Assembly (NCBI GenBank): GCA_001662655.1
Contig: KV460218.1
DNA from: Pseudogymnoascus verrucosus
Taxonomy: Eukaryota
Reading direction: 5' to 3' (one strand)
DNA length: 64,000 nt
Shown one piece after another: positions 51,001 to 63,480 of the stretch. The first letter of the stretch is position 1. Each line of letters begins with the position of its first letter. Position numbers and translations under genes: made by a program. The notes under the pieces were generated by a model that saw only the letters and a list, made by a program, of their open reading frames with translations, did not search any database and was not told where the DNA came from.

Positions 51001-54000
51001 ATGCGGTATCCTATTGTCCTTGCTCTTCTATGGGGGCAGAGGCTCGCCGAAGGCTTGCCCTGGCACCAGGCAGCAGATCGTGCTGCTGTTGCTGATTTGC
51101 CAGCAACGTGTCGGAATCCCGTGTCGTGAGTGTCTTGTTGCCCCCTTTGAGCTGTCTTACTAGACGTGGTCTAATTCGTGATTGCCGCAGACCGTTTGAC
51201 TACTCAGCCAAGCTCAGACGCGAATATGAGCTGCCACTGTGTCGGGACGGCGACGAAACTCTTGGGGTGACTCCCTTCCTCGGCGCCATGGACACGCCGT
51301 CTTTACTGAGCGGCCGAGCAACAGACGACGACTACACGTGCGGGCCGGACCGGCCTTGCGCCAACAAGGCTTGCTGCCCCAAGGCCACGCTGTCGTGCAA
51401 CTACGGCGAGGAGGCGTGCGGCACATCGGGCATCTCGCCCAACGAAGTCTGCTGGTCCAACTGCGATGCCAAGTCTGAGTGCGGCAAGGACGCCAAAGTG
51501 CCCGGCCAGGAATGCCCCCTCAACGTCTGCTGCGGCAAATGGGGCTTCTGCGGCATGACCGAGGATTACTGCGACAAGAAAGATCATGGTACCACCGGCG
51601 GCTGCCAGTCCAACTGCGACCAGCCTGGCCCTAAGAACAAGGCCAACTCGCAGACCCGCATCATCGGCTACTACGAGGGCTGGCGAGCTAACAGCGCCTG
51701 TCAGGGCATGGGGCTCAAGGACATCCCCGTAAACTCCCTGACGCACCTGTACTTTTCCTTTGCGTCCATCACCCCGGACACGTACAGCATCGCGCCTATG
51801 GACGGCATCGCCGGGTCTCTGTTCTCCGAGTTCACCAACCTCAAGAAGAAGAACCCCGCCCTCAAGACCGTCATCGCCATTGGTGGATGGACCTTCAACG
51901 ACCCGGGCCCAACCCAGAAGGTCTTCAGCGATATGGTGGGCTCGGCACAGACCCGTAAGACCTTCATCGACAACCTGTTGAGCTTCCTGCGCGAGTACGC
52001 CTTCGACGGCGTCGACTTTGACTGGGAGTACCCCGGAGCTGATGACCGCGGCGGCGTCGACGCCGATGGCAAGAACTTTGTCACATTCCTCAAGGAGCTC
52101 GACGACGCCAACAAGAAGCAACCCGTCAAGTACGTCGTTTCCTTCACGTTGCCTACCTCATACTGGTACATGCGTCACTTCGACCTCAAGGCCGTCGACC
52201 ACGTCGACTTTGTCAACGTCATGTCCTACGACCTGCACGGCGTCTGGGACGGCAAGAACCCAATCGGCCAGAAGATCTACGGGCACACGAACATCACTGA
52301 GATGGAGCAGGCCTTTGACCTTTTCTGGCGCAACGACGTTCCCGCGAACAAGCTCAACATGGGCCTCGGATTCTATGGCCGCGCCTTCCAGCTGCAGGAC
52401 CCCTCGTGCAGCAAGCCGGGGTGCGGCTTCAAAGGCGGCGCTACCAAAGGAGGCTGCAGCGGCGAGTCGGGCATTTTGAGCTACCGTGAGATCATGGCCG
52501 TTATTGATGCCAAAAAGATCAAGCCCGTACATGACAAGAAGGCAGGCGTTAAGTATATTACGTGGAACAACGACCGTACGTTAATATTCTTTGTTCTCCC
52601 CCATTTAGGGTGTCATCGAGGGTCGTTTTACTCTCGGACCGCCCCCGAACTACCCCTGAAACACCCAAAACAAGAATAATACAGCTAACAATGTTGGGTA
52701 GAGTGGGTGTCGTACGATGACGCCGACACCTTCTCCCAGAAAAAGGACCTAGCTAAGGACCTAGGGCTGGGTGGCTACCTCATCTGGGCCATCGATCAGG
52801 ATGACGAGCACTTGACGGCACTGCAGGCCGTCATCTCGCCTAAGAAGCTAGGTGACTTGGGCGCGGCCGGCGACAAGGACGACTGGCAATCATCTAACAA
52901 GCATTGCTACATCACATCCTGCGATGGCAAATGCGACACCGGCGACATCAAAATTACCGACCAACCCTGCGGCGACGACGACAAGCGCAGCAAGCTCTGC
53001 TGCCCGCTGTCTGGGGCCCCGAACCCCAAAGAGTGCGCATGGCGCGGCAACCCCCCCTTGTGCAACGGCCACTGCCATGACGACGAGGTCATGATGGAGA
53101 TGAACAAGTGGGGCGACGGTGGTGGGTGCAATGATGGCAACAAGGCCTACTGCTGCAAGAGCCCGCTGGCCGAGGAAAACAGCTGCTACTGGAGTGGTGT
53201 TGGCGGCTCCTGCAAAGGCGATGACTTGCCGCTGACATTTTCGGGCACCGTTCTAACCATCTTAGAAGACGTGGCCAAGGTCATCCTTCGCGTCGTCGGG
53301 CGCGCCTATCCTCTCACCGCCCTAGCAGGAGAAGCGCTCCTCTTGGTGCTCGACGAACTCGATCTCGACACAGACAAGTACTACTGCTGCCCTAAAGAAG
53401 ACATCCCCAAATGGAAGAACTGCGAGTGGTTCGGCAAGCCCGGCAGCTGTTTCGACGGACACTGCCCAGACATGACATATGCCCAGCTGACCGACAGCTA
53501 CTTCGGCGGTGGCGAGACTTGCGGCTGGCAAGCTTCTCGAGTACGCACCTTTTGCTGCGAGCCGTCCGAGGACCCCTTGTTTCTGCCCGTACCCCTAGGG
53601 AATCTTTTCCAGAACCCGCCAGATAGTGATAGTGTCGACACCGACTTCTCCCTCGAAACGGACAAGGACTCAGACACGGAGCAGAACCCCAACGATGCAG
53701 CCTTCCAGTTCGTCGTGCTCGCTTCGCCCGAGGAGCTGCAGGTCTCCATCGACAAGCGCGACGGCTCCCACTGGGACGTATTCTCAGGCTGCGACTCGGC
53801 CATCGGCGATGAAGGCCCCCACACGGTGCAGATGGTATGCACAGACTTCTCCGAGGGTAGCAACTGCCACAAGATCGGTCTCGGCCATGGTGTCCCTGGC
53901 ACCATCTTGGAGATGCCCGCCGGGTGCGGCCCCGGAAAATACGCCATTGCAAAAGACATGGTCCCAGCCTCTGAAAAGGTCCGTCTTCCCCGTCACCTCG

Positions 54001-56582
54001 AACACCTTTCAGCCGCCCACACCCCCATCGTCTACGATTTGACCTTCGACTACGACTTTACCCGCGTACCCCGCGACCTTGGCGACACCCAGATGCGCAT
54101 TGACTTCAGCAACCAGGACGACTATTGGAACACAGTCGTCTCGGCGGCCGGAAACACTAAGAAAAAAATCAAGCGCTCCCTCGCCGAGGCTGGGGGCAAC
54201 CACGCCCGCTGGTTGGAGGAAGAATACCGCGACGACTACCATTTTGGGGGACTCTCGCGTCGTGACCTCGAGGAGCGCTGGTTCGGCTCAGGTGTCCTCG
54301 ACTGGCTTGCCCGCATTGTCCGCCCGGAAATCAAGCGCGAGTTTACTTATGATTACCAGGACACCCTGACAGCCAAACTCATTGACGAGACCTGGCAATG
54401 TACCCGCAACGACATCAACTACGAGGGCCACATCCTCGCCCAGGCCCTCCTTAAAGTGAACATAGCGACAAGCTTCGGGTTTACCCTAATCGTCACAAAG
54501 CTGACCCCTCCCCTCGACATGTCCCAAAGCTACCTAACCTTCTATAACAAGGGCGAGATCACGGGAGTTCTAACCCTCGAAGCCGTTGCTAAGTTTTCCT
54601 ACCACAAGGGGGACGTCATCGTGAACATCCCTTTCCCAGGCGCCTCCTTCAAAATCCCAGGAATCGCAACTATCGGCCCGCAGCTGACGGTCGAGGGCAG
54701 CATCGACGCCTCGCTGACCCTGTCGGGCAAGGTGGAAACTCGTCTCGAGTTCGCCAACTGGGAGGTTCGCCAAGTCCTTCCCGACAACGGCGACAGTAAC
54801 TACACGCCCAAAGAGATCGGTGACGGCGACCCGGACCTCAAGCGCACCGGCGACAACGAGGACCTGGACGAGCCGACCTTCTATGCCGGCGCCCAGGCCA
54901 TCGGCGACGCGACGGCCAAGATCTCAGCGGCGGCTGAGTTCGGCATCCGCTTCGACAAGCGCTGGGACGTCGAACCGGCCGCCGCGGCTGTTGTGGCCGA
55001 GGCCAGCGTCATGGTCAAGATGGGCGTCGGCATCTCCACCAAGGACACCTGCCCCTTTACATTTGGGGTCGATGTCGGCGCACGTCTGTTTGCGCGCGCA
55101 ACAGCACCCGGCTTCAAGTGGCCAGGAGCCGAGGTGGCCATCACGCCTGCTTATAAAAAGCCCATCATCGAGGGCGGCACATGTCCGGGCCTAGGACCCC
55201 TCCCGACCAAGCGTGATCTTAACTCCATCCTCACCATTGATGGCAACGATACCCGTAGCCATAGCCATGGCCATGGCCACACCCATACCCACAATAGCCT
55301 AAGCCACGGCCATGGCCACATCCACAATAGCCGCGCCCTGGTCAAACGAGCAGCGGTCTGGGGTCCAGTACTCAGCGTGCCCGTGGGAAGCTACTTCTGC
55401 CCACCCGAAACCGATGACAGCGCTGGCCCGGGTACCATCTGCTCTAAGATCGGGTACGCCTGGGATGAGGACAATGTTATCGAGGACGCACTTCTAAGGC
55501 GGGCCCTCGAAAAAAGGAACTCAAAGCCGGCCGAAATCTGCGGCCAAAGAATCACCTTCGAATACCCGTCACCCTCGGAGGCCAAAGCTCTGAAGAACCC
55601 GACCTATGGCTTCGAAAGCACCGACTGCAAGGACTACAAGTTTGGCGCTCTCCCGGCCGATGTCCCCGGTGTCGACTACGAAGCCGAGCACGTTCTCGAA
55701 GCTCAACTCATCAAACAGTTCTTCGAGTATGTCGCTAAGAATGTTGGCCCCTTCCCTCACCCCGACCCTGAAAAGGCTAAGTTGGGCACGACACTCCAGT
55801 TCTGCCCGCTCGTCAAACTGCTCTGGAACGTTCCGGTTGAAATCCCGAACCTCGATACCGCCTCGGGGATTGGCGCCCTCCTTACTCCCTATAAACATGT
55901 CATCAACCAGTTTCCCACCAAAACATGGAAGAACAAAGAGTACGTCCTCCTCGACACTAACATCAACTCCCCGCCTAAGGCGGGAGCTTGGGCCGGATTC
56001 AGTAGCAAGGGCAAAAATATCCAAATCGTTTCTCTCAAGAAATGGCTCGGCACCGAACCCGACAACAACCCCCAAAGTCCCTCCGGCCAAACCCCCCCCA
56101 AATACCCCAGCACTAGCAAAATCGCCACCATCGGCGGTGCCGAGGAGATCATGAAGTCGATGCGCGCCATCCTCGGCTCGCGCCTGTACCACAACACCCC
56201 CGCCGTCTCGACCATTCTCAAAGCCCAAAAGGAGCGGGTAGGCGAGGTGCTCCGGCGGCTCGACACCGAGGTCCTGCCCGCCAATCCCAAGAAAGAAGGC
56301 TGGGCGCCCTGGGCGCCACTAGGGCTGAAGGGAATGTGGGACACGTTCATGACGGGCAAGATGGCGCTGGTTGTTACCAAGTCGAACATGGTAACTAACG
56401 ATATCTTGCCGCGCATGCAGGCCTTGTGGGCGGACCAGGCCGCGAGGGACGCGGCTAAGATTGACGATAAGGATAAGGCAGATGTAGTGGAATTGAAGGA
56501 GAGGAAACAGAGGCTGATTGATACTATTGATGCGTTCGCTGCTATTTTGCAGACGACGCCGGCGTGGCTGTTAGCATTTTAG
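51001..56582 (+). CDS. Subgroup C (killer-toxin-like) GH18 chitinase with hevein/CBM18 domain and long C-terminal extension; join(51001..51125,51191..52575,52702..56582), ~1796 aa
   Basis: Signal MRYPIVLALLWGQRLAEG; canonical introns 51126-51190 and 52576-52701 give a continuous frame; CPLNVCCGKWGFCG (CBM18); AIGGW, FDGVDFDWEYP (intact DxxDxDxE), MSYDLHG, WAIDQD. Confidence 0.93.
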
Positions 56583-56619
56583 AGGGGTCATTTTCTGTTA
56601 CGATATGTTAGGGGGTTAT

Positions 56620-58998
56620 CACTAGTATATAATTAAGCTTGTTAGCTTACGTTTCATTATAGACTAAACTAATTTAAGTTAAAACTTGCATAGAAATGCT
56701 CTTATAATCTATGCTATAACACTATAACACTTTCTTCCTACCTTAATATAAGACCTGTTTTCATTCTTCCCCTTTATTTAATTCTATGCTTAAATAGCCA
56801 TTTCTACACTAAAGATAGACCCTTCCCTATTTTCCCTAAAGTACTAAGCCCTATCTCTCTAATCTATATCCTATTATCTAACTACTAATACTAAGCTAGC
56901 ATCTCTTATTTAAATAGCATAGTTAGATAAAATTAACCTTAACATTACTATCTAGTAGTTAGTAGGTATCCTAGGTAAATAGGAAGCTTAGGACATTATA
57001 ATAGAGTTATATAGGTATTCTACCTTAATAGTTACTATTATATAATAACGTATTTCCTAGGCAAGCTAGTTACTTAGGCAAGCTAGTTACTTAGGCAAGC
57101 TAGTTACTAAAACACTAAAATTAACTATTACTACCTACTACTATACTACTACCCTATATAATAACCCTTATTTAATTGTAATTAATTCCTAGCACCTCTT
57201 ATATAAGGACATAGGGAACTATATTATAAGAAGTTATATATAGGAATATAAGTTAGATATAAGTTAGTATAATCCTATAGGTCTCCTATAAAGGATATAA
57301 AAAAGATAAAGGGGGAACCCTCTATTCTTATTTTCCTTCTATACCTAAAACCCCTCTAACTTAACTAACCCCCTATTTACCTAAGGCTTCCTTATACTAT
57401 ATACCTAAGGCTTATAGTTATAATTAAACTATAACTACCCTAAGTCTTAAGGGCAGCATATAACAACTATAACTAACCTAAGTAAGGAGGCATCCTTATA
57501 CTACCCCCTACCTTTAAAGGGTGCTTTATCCTTAAAGTATATATATAGAACTCTATATTTAGTTTATTATATAAGTTATAGGTATTATAGCCTAAGTTGT
57601 TGCTAAGGAGGGTAGAGGAGTAAGTGTTTCTTTATTTAAGGTAGTAAGTTATATATAAGGGTCTAAGTTAGTATCGAATTAAGTCTAATTAGGGCTATAG
57701 ACTCTAGATTGTTTGTGTAAGGAGAGATAGATCGCGCTAAACCTAATTTAGACAGCTTTGTTATAAGCTAGAATATGAAATCGAGGTTCGCCTAATTCCT
57801 GTTGTTTTCTTTATAACAACAACGCTAAACCCCCCCTCTAAGACTAGTAAGTAGCCCCTCTTAAACGTATAGAAGGATACTAATTGATTGTTTTTAGATA
57901 CAAAACCAATTCGAACGATTCGGTAGGTTGAGGAACTGTACTAGCATAGTAGTGATAACTTAGGCTAGGCTAACGGGAATTGCAGATTTCTAATTTAAAG
58001 ATGCTAGTTCCTATGCCCTCTAGGGCTTTTGCAGATTCCTTCTACGTCCTGTACGTCTGCTGCCTTTAGGCAATTTCCTATAGGGCTGTAGCCTATACTT
58101 ATGTCTAGTCCTCAACTAGCTTAAAGTGCCATTACTACACTTCGTAGCATTCTATGTGTGTTCTAGTAGGTTTCCTATTGCTTTTTAGTTTTGCTTTTAG
58201 CTTGTTCTTAGGTTTGTTTAGTGTTGACTTAGTAGGAATAGCTGCCCTAGTTCCTAGGGACTAAGTTCGCTGCTATCGTCGCTACTAAAGCAGCTACCCC
58301 CCTTGTCCCTACTAACGTCGTTAACGCTGCCCTTAAGGCTAAGTGTGTCCTATTGCTTGCTACTGCCTCTGTCCCTAAGTTCTAGGACAAGGCGACTTAG
58401 GACCTCTATAAGGAGGCCTATACAACTTACGCAGCCCTTAAGTCTCTTAATTTAAGACTTAAGGTAAGTGAATCTCCTTTCCTAGTAGGGTATTAGTGCT
58501 GACCTAGGTTAGGCTGTTCGTTTATCGCTACGCTATCTTTAGACGGAGTAGGTAGAGGTTCCTAGCCTCTTAAAGGAGGTAGTAAACGCAGTAGAGGTAG
58601 GTGCTGTAGCTGTCGTTGCCGTTGCTACAAAGTTAGTCCTAGCACCTACCCCCTATAGGAAAGAGAAGGAGAAGGAGAAGGAGGTAGAGAATAGGGTTAG
58701 GGCCTCCTATAGAGAGTAGGGGGTAGGCCTTATGTTAGAGGGAACTTAGGTGTAGTCTTTTATGTAGGGTCACTTTAACCCTTTGTCTCTTATAGTAGTA
58801 GCCGCTTGTTACGACGCTAGTAAGATGTTTAGGAAGGGTGGCTTCTATAAGGGCTATAGCTCTAAGGGTGCCCTAGCTTAGAGGGTGTTTAGTTTAGTGT
58901 TGTAGGTAGCAACAACGCTGTTTTTCCCTACTTTGCTGTGCCTCTTATAATTGTAGCTTAGCTTGCCTATCTCCTATTCTATAATCTAACTAGGTAGG
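56620..58998. mobile_element. Heavily RIP-mutated AT-rich repeat relic
   Basis: No ORFs >=60 aa in 2.4 kb, strong TpA excess and CpA/TpG depletion; 3x GGCAAGCTAGTTACT(T)A at ~57060-57110. Confidence 0.7.
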
Positions 58999-59481
58999 TG
59001 TAACGCTGGGTCTTAAACTATAAGACTCACAGAGGTTTCGTTGCGTTGGTTTACTTAACAGAGGAGGCAGGGGATTAGACACAAAGGCTTTCGTAAAACA
59101 CGTTACAGTATATAACAAATACTATATTGAGTTGAGCACGAAGCTCCTATCTAAGAACTAACTATCTACTTATATAGTGGCGTCGTGCCAAAGGGGATAG
59201 TTAGGATAGTTAGATAGCCCTAACTATCCCAACTATCCAACTATCTATCACGTGAGCTATTCTCTTTCCGGTACCTGTGATTCTTCCAGTACCTGTCCAT
59301 CCGGTACCTCCTAATCCTCAGGTGCCTAACTGTCTTCCGGTACCTGTAAACCCAGGTACCGGACACCCATCAGGTGCCTGATAACTGACCCTGCCTTAAA
59401 GGTGGTCAAATCGCTAACATTCTCATTACTACTATAACCGGTGTGTCGGCGAAACTGTAGCCGTAAACGCTAGCCGTAACA
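58999..59481 (-). repeat. 3' LTR (483 bp) of the Gypsy element
   Basis: TGTAACG...CGTAACA termini; polypurine tract GGAGGGGGA on the minus strand at ~59487-59495 next to it. Confidence 0.85.
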
Positions 59482-59595
59482 CTAGGTCCCCCTCCGAGAG
59501 GCCTAGTCCCTAGGTCTTGCTGACTAAGGAAATGTGCTAACTACTTAAGTGGGGTGATGCCCACCACTATCCATGGGGCAGGTCAGGCTGCAACC

Positions 59596-60150
59596 ATGTC
59601 TTCTTCCAAACATACCAAAATCAAAGAACGTCAACTGCTTGCTCAACGTATCGAAAAGGACGGAATCCCAATGTCCCCTTGTTCTAACTGTGTATGCAGC
59701 GAACGTACTTGTATCGTTGCTCCAGGTTACCGTCGTTGTAGTGAATGTGCTCGCCGCAATTCCAAATGCGACGCTTGCGCTCCAAGCGCTGCGGAGTGGG
59801 AGAAACTCCGTAAAGAAGAGGAACGTTTAGAGGCGGAGGAAGAGGCTGCCGCTGCCTAAGAGCAAGAGGCCTACGCTCGTCGCATGCGCCTTCGTAAACA
59901 GCAGAAAGCTCTGAAGACTCGTGGTGCGGAGATGCTGCGGCGCGGTCTTCAAAACCTAGACGAGCTGGATGAGGCCGAGGAGAAAGAGCGCAAGGAGGCC
60001 GAAGCTAAGGAATCCTTCCCGCACAGCCCTCCTACTACTGACCTCGGGGGTGCCGTTTCCGAGCACGACTACTTGTCGGCCCTTTCTCCTGGTTTCTTCG
60101 AACGTTGGGGTGTCGACGGTGGAACTCCGCCAGCAACTCTAGGCAGCTGA
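59596..60150 (+). pseudogene. Antisense extra ORF of the retrotransposon: Zn(II)2Cys6-like motif + coiled coil, one premature stop
   Basis: CSNC-x5-C-x8-CSEC-x6-C, then an E/K/R-rich helix; single TAA at 59857-59859 with the frame continuing to TGA at 60150. Confidence 0.75.
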
Positions 60151-63100
60151 GGTTCCCCCTCAACTCCCACGAGTTATCCGTAGGTTCGTAATCTTTCTAT
60201 TTGATTAAAAACTCTTCTCGGCGTCCTACTAACCTTCTGTCTAGGATCGCCTCGACCTCATATTCGATAATTTCATTCTCGGGTTGGAGTTCGGTGTCTG
60301 TTGCAATTAGGGCGTCGCCTCTTGCTGGTTCTAATAATGAGACATGAAACACTAGGTGGAGTCTGGAGTTCTTAGGTAGCTGCAGCTTGTAATTAACTGA
60401 GCTGACTTTTCCTAATATCTTGAATGGTCCCAATTTCTTGAAGTCCAACTTCATGCTTGGTCGTTTCGTTTTGATGTGTTTCTAGAGTAGGTATACTTTA
60501 TCCCCCTCCTTAAAGGCAGGTTCCATACTGCGCTTCTTGTTTGCGTATGCGGCGGATTGTTCATTTAAGAACTAGATGTCCGTCGCAAGTTGTTTCTGGA
60601 AGGAAAGTATCTTCGATACTTCTAACGTTCCTTCCTTAGAGCGAAATTTATCTAGTCTCGGCGTTTTGTACGCTTCTAGTTGCCATCCGTTATTAGCAAA
60701 GAAGGGTGAGACTTTTGTCACCTCTGATGGTGCTAAGTTATATGCGAATTCTGCTAAATGTAGGTACTGAACCCAGTTGTCCTGTTCAGTATTAACATAG
60801 CTTCGCAAGTATGCTTCTAACGTCTGATTAGTTCGTTCTGTTTGTCTATCCGTTTGTAGATGAAAAGCTGTGGACAGCTTGTGGTTTGTTCCGAGCTGCG
60901 CCATGACTGTCTGCTAGAATTTGGATGTGAAGAGCTTATCTCTATCCGAAATTATCTCGTCTAGTAGCCCATGCGCTACAACAATGACTTTTAGAAAGAT
61001 ATATGCTAACGCCTTCACGTCTGACGCTTCTTTAAACGGCGTGAAGTGTGCTTCTTTTATAAGCCTGTAGTTAGAGACCATAATGGAGTCTATAACAAAT
61101 CCTGTCATTGGCTCTTTCGATGCTAGCAACTTGACAATGAAGTCAATTGCTATCGAGGACCATGCTCGTTTTGGTGTTGGTGGGGACTTCAAAAGTCCAT
61201 ATGGTGCGTGTCTATTTGCTTTTGACTTCTGGCAAATGTCGCATCCTAACACAATTGTTTCTACCTGCTTCCTTAGACCTAGGAAGTAGTAGTGTCGTGC
61301 AATTCGTTCGAAGGTTCGTGTTACTCCCTAATGACCGTGTGCTGGCAACGAGTGTTGTTCTTGCACTAGCGGGCGTCTCATTTGACTTGGGACATACACT
61401 AATCCTTTGAATCGGATCAGCCCTTGTTCGTTGATGGAGAAGTTTCCTTCGACTTTGTTTAGGGTTCGCTTCGCTATTTCGTCTGTTGCGTAAGCGTTCT
61501 TGAGTCTCTGCTCAAGTTCCGTGTCTTCCACGATGGCGATCGTGGCTAGCAGTTCGTTGTATTGCATTCCTGCGTCTGTCTTCTTTAGTATTGCTCTAGG
61601 CCTTTCCTCCTTCGGGCCGATGTAGTCGGTCCTTCTGCTGAGAGCATCTGCTCTTGCATTCTCGGAGCCTTTGCGATAGGTTATCGTGAAGTTGTAGGCT
61701 GCGAGGGTTTCTGCCTAGCGGACTTGTCTGCGGTTCAAAACCTTAGTCGTGGTGAAGTATATGAGGTTCTTGTGATCTGTCTACACTTGCATAGTGTGGG
61801 TGGATCCCTTAAGATATACGCGCCACTGCTCAAAGGCAACGACAATAGCTAGTAGCTCCTTGTTGTGGATGTCATAGTTGAGCTCCGCGGGTGACAGTTT
61901 CCTAGAGTAGTACGCGATTGGTTTGAACTTACCGTTCTCGCCTGGCTGATTTAGACATGCTCCAATCGCGAAGTCAGAAGCGTCCGTCTTAAGGACGATC
62001 TTCTTTGCAGGGTTAAATGTCGCAAGGATGGGTGCCTCCGTGAACTTCGTCTTAAGTTCCTAGAAGGCAGCCTCCGCTTTGTCTGTCCATTTGAACACGA
62101 GATCCTTCCTAGTGAGCTCTGTGAGTGGTTGAGCTACCTTGGAATATCCCGCAATGAACCGACGGTAGAAGTTGGCGAAGCCTAAGAAGGCTTGTACTTC
62201 CTTGACCGTGGTTGGTGTTGGCCATTCTAACACTGCCGTGACCTTTGCTTGGTCCATCTTGATGCCGTGCGTTCCGATAATGTAGCCTAAGAATTCGACT
62301 TGGTTTTTATGGAACTCACATTTCTCTAGCTTCAACAGTAGGTTGTATTCCTTCAGCTTCTAGAGGACGAGCTTGACATGCCTAGCATGTTCGTCCTTGT
62401 TTGCTAAGTATACTAGTATATCATCTAAGTAAACGATCGTGAATATGTCTAGATATTCGTGCAAAGCGTCATTCATTAAGCGTTGCATGGATGCGGGGGC
62501 GTTGGTTAGCCCGAAGGGCATGACTTGATATTCGAATAGGCCATAGCGGGTGCGGAATGCTGTTTTCCACTCCTTGCCGTCGGCTATCCGGATTAGGTTG
62601 TACGCGCCGCGTAGATCTAGCTTGGTGAAGATCTTGGCTCCCTGGAATCTATCGTGTAACTCATTAATTAGCGGTAAAGCGTACCGGTCCTTTATCGTTA
62701 TGTTGTTCAATGCTCGATAGTCCACGCATGGTCGTTTGCTTCCATCCTTCTTGGGAACCTATAACATCAGGCTTCCCGCAGGAGATTTAGACGGTCTGAT
62801 AAATCCTTTCTTAAGGTTATCGTCGATATATTCTTTCAGTAGTTTCAACTCATCTGCTGACATCTGGTATATTGGTCCGAACGGTAGACTCTTTCCTTCT
62901 TCCAAGGGTATCACATGATCCTATGGTTGGTGCTTAGGAAGCGCCTCGTTCTTGGGGCCTTCCTAGAATAGCTGCTCGTATTCCTCATACTCCACCGGTA
63001 TACTCGTTAGTAAGGGTGCCTAGGCTAGGTCACTGGGCTCTGTGGAGGTCGCACACACCTCGCGTCAGCCCTAGGAGGTCTTCTCCCGTTATGGCGTGTC

Positions 63101-63480
63101 CGTTCGTTGTTCACACGCGCACTGGCTCATTACAACTTTCTCGTTCTACCAGTCGATCTGGGGGTTGTGTTTCTTAAGCCACAGCACACCAAGGATACAT
63201 GCATGATTGTCTATGTGTACGATGTCGAATTAGATCGTTTCCTGGTGTCTGCGTAGCATGACCATTTCTAATGGGACCGTCTCGTAGGTCACCATCCCCT
63301 TGTTGGTCGAGATGGGCTCTCCATCTACTACCATTAACGGGTAAGGATCGGTTTTCAATTGCGTCTTGAAACCTTGAGTGTCTGCTACTTTCTTTGTCAT
63401 AAAGTTGCCCGTTGCTCCTAAGTCAATCATGGCTCGGAGGTGTCGCTGTTGTATCTTAGCGACTACATATAGCTGCATGC
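60035..63480 (-). pseudogene. Retrotransposon pol (PR-RT-RH-IN-chromo) with RIP stops
   Basis: Collinear ORF fragments in the track separated by TAG/TAA codons at W/Q positions. Confidence 0.9.

Noticed and set aside
51303..52121. 272-aa minus-strand ORF and similar ORFs inside the chitinase and LysM genes
   Set aside because: Expected shadows of high-GC3 coding sequence.
51108..52707. Chitinase as two separate genes (523 aa and 1291 aa)
   Set aside because: Canonical introns join them in frame (NND Q WVSYDD) and the true start with a signal peptide is at 51001.
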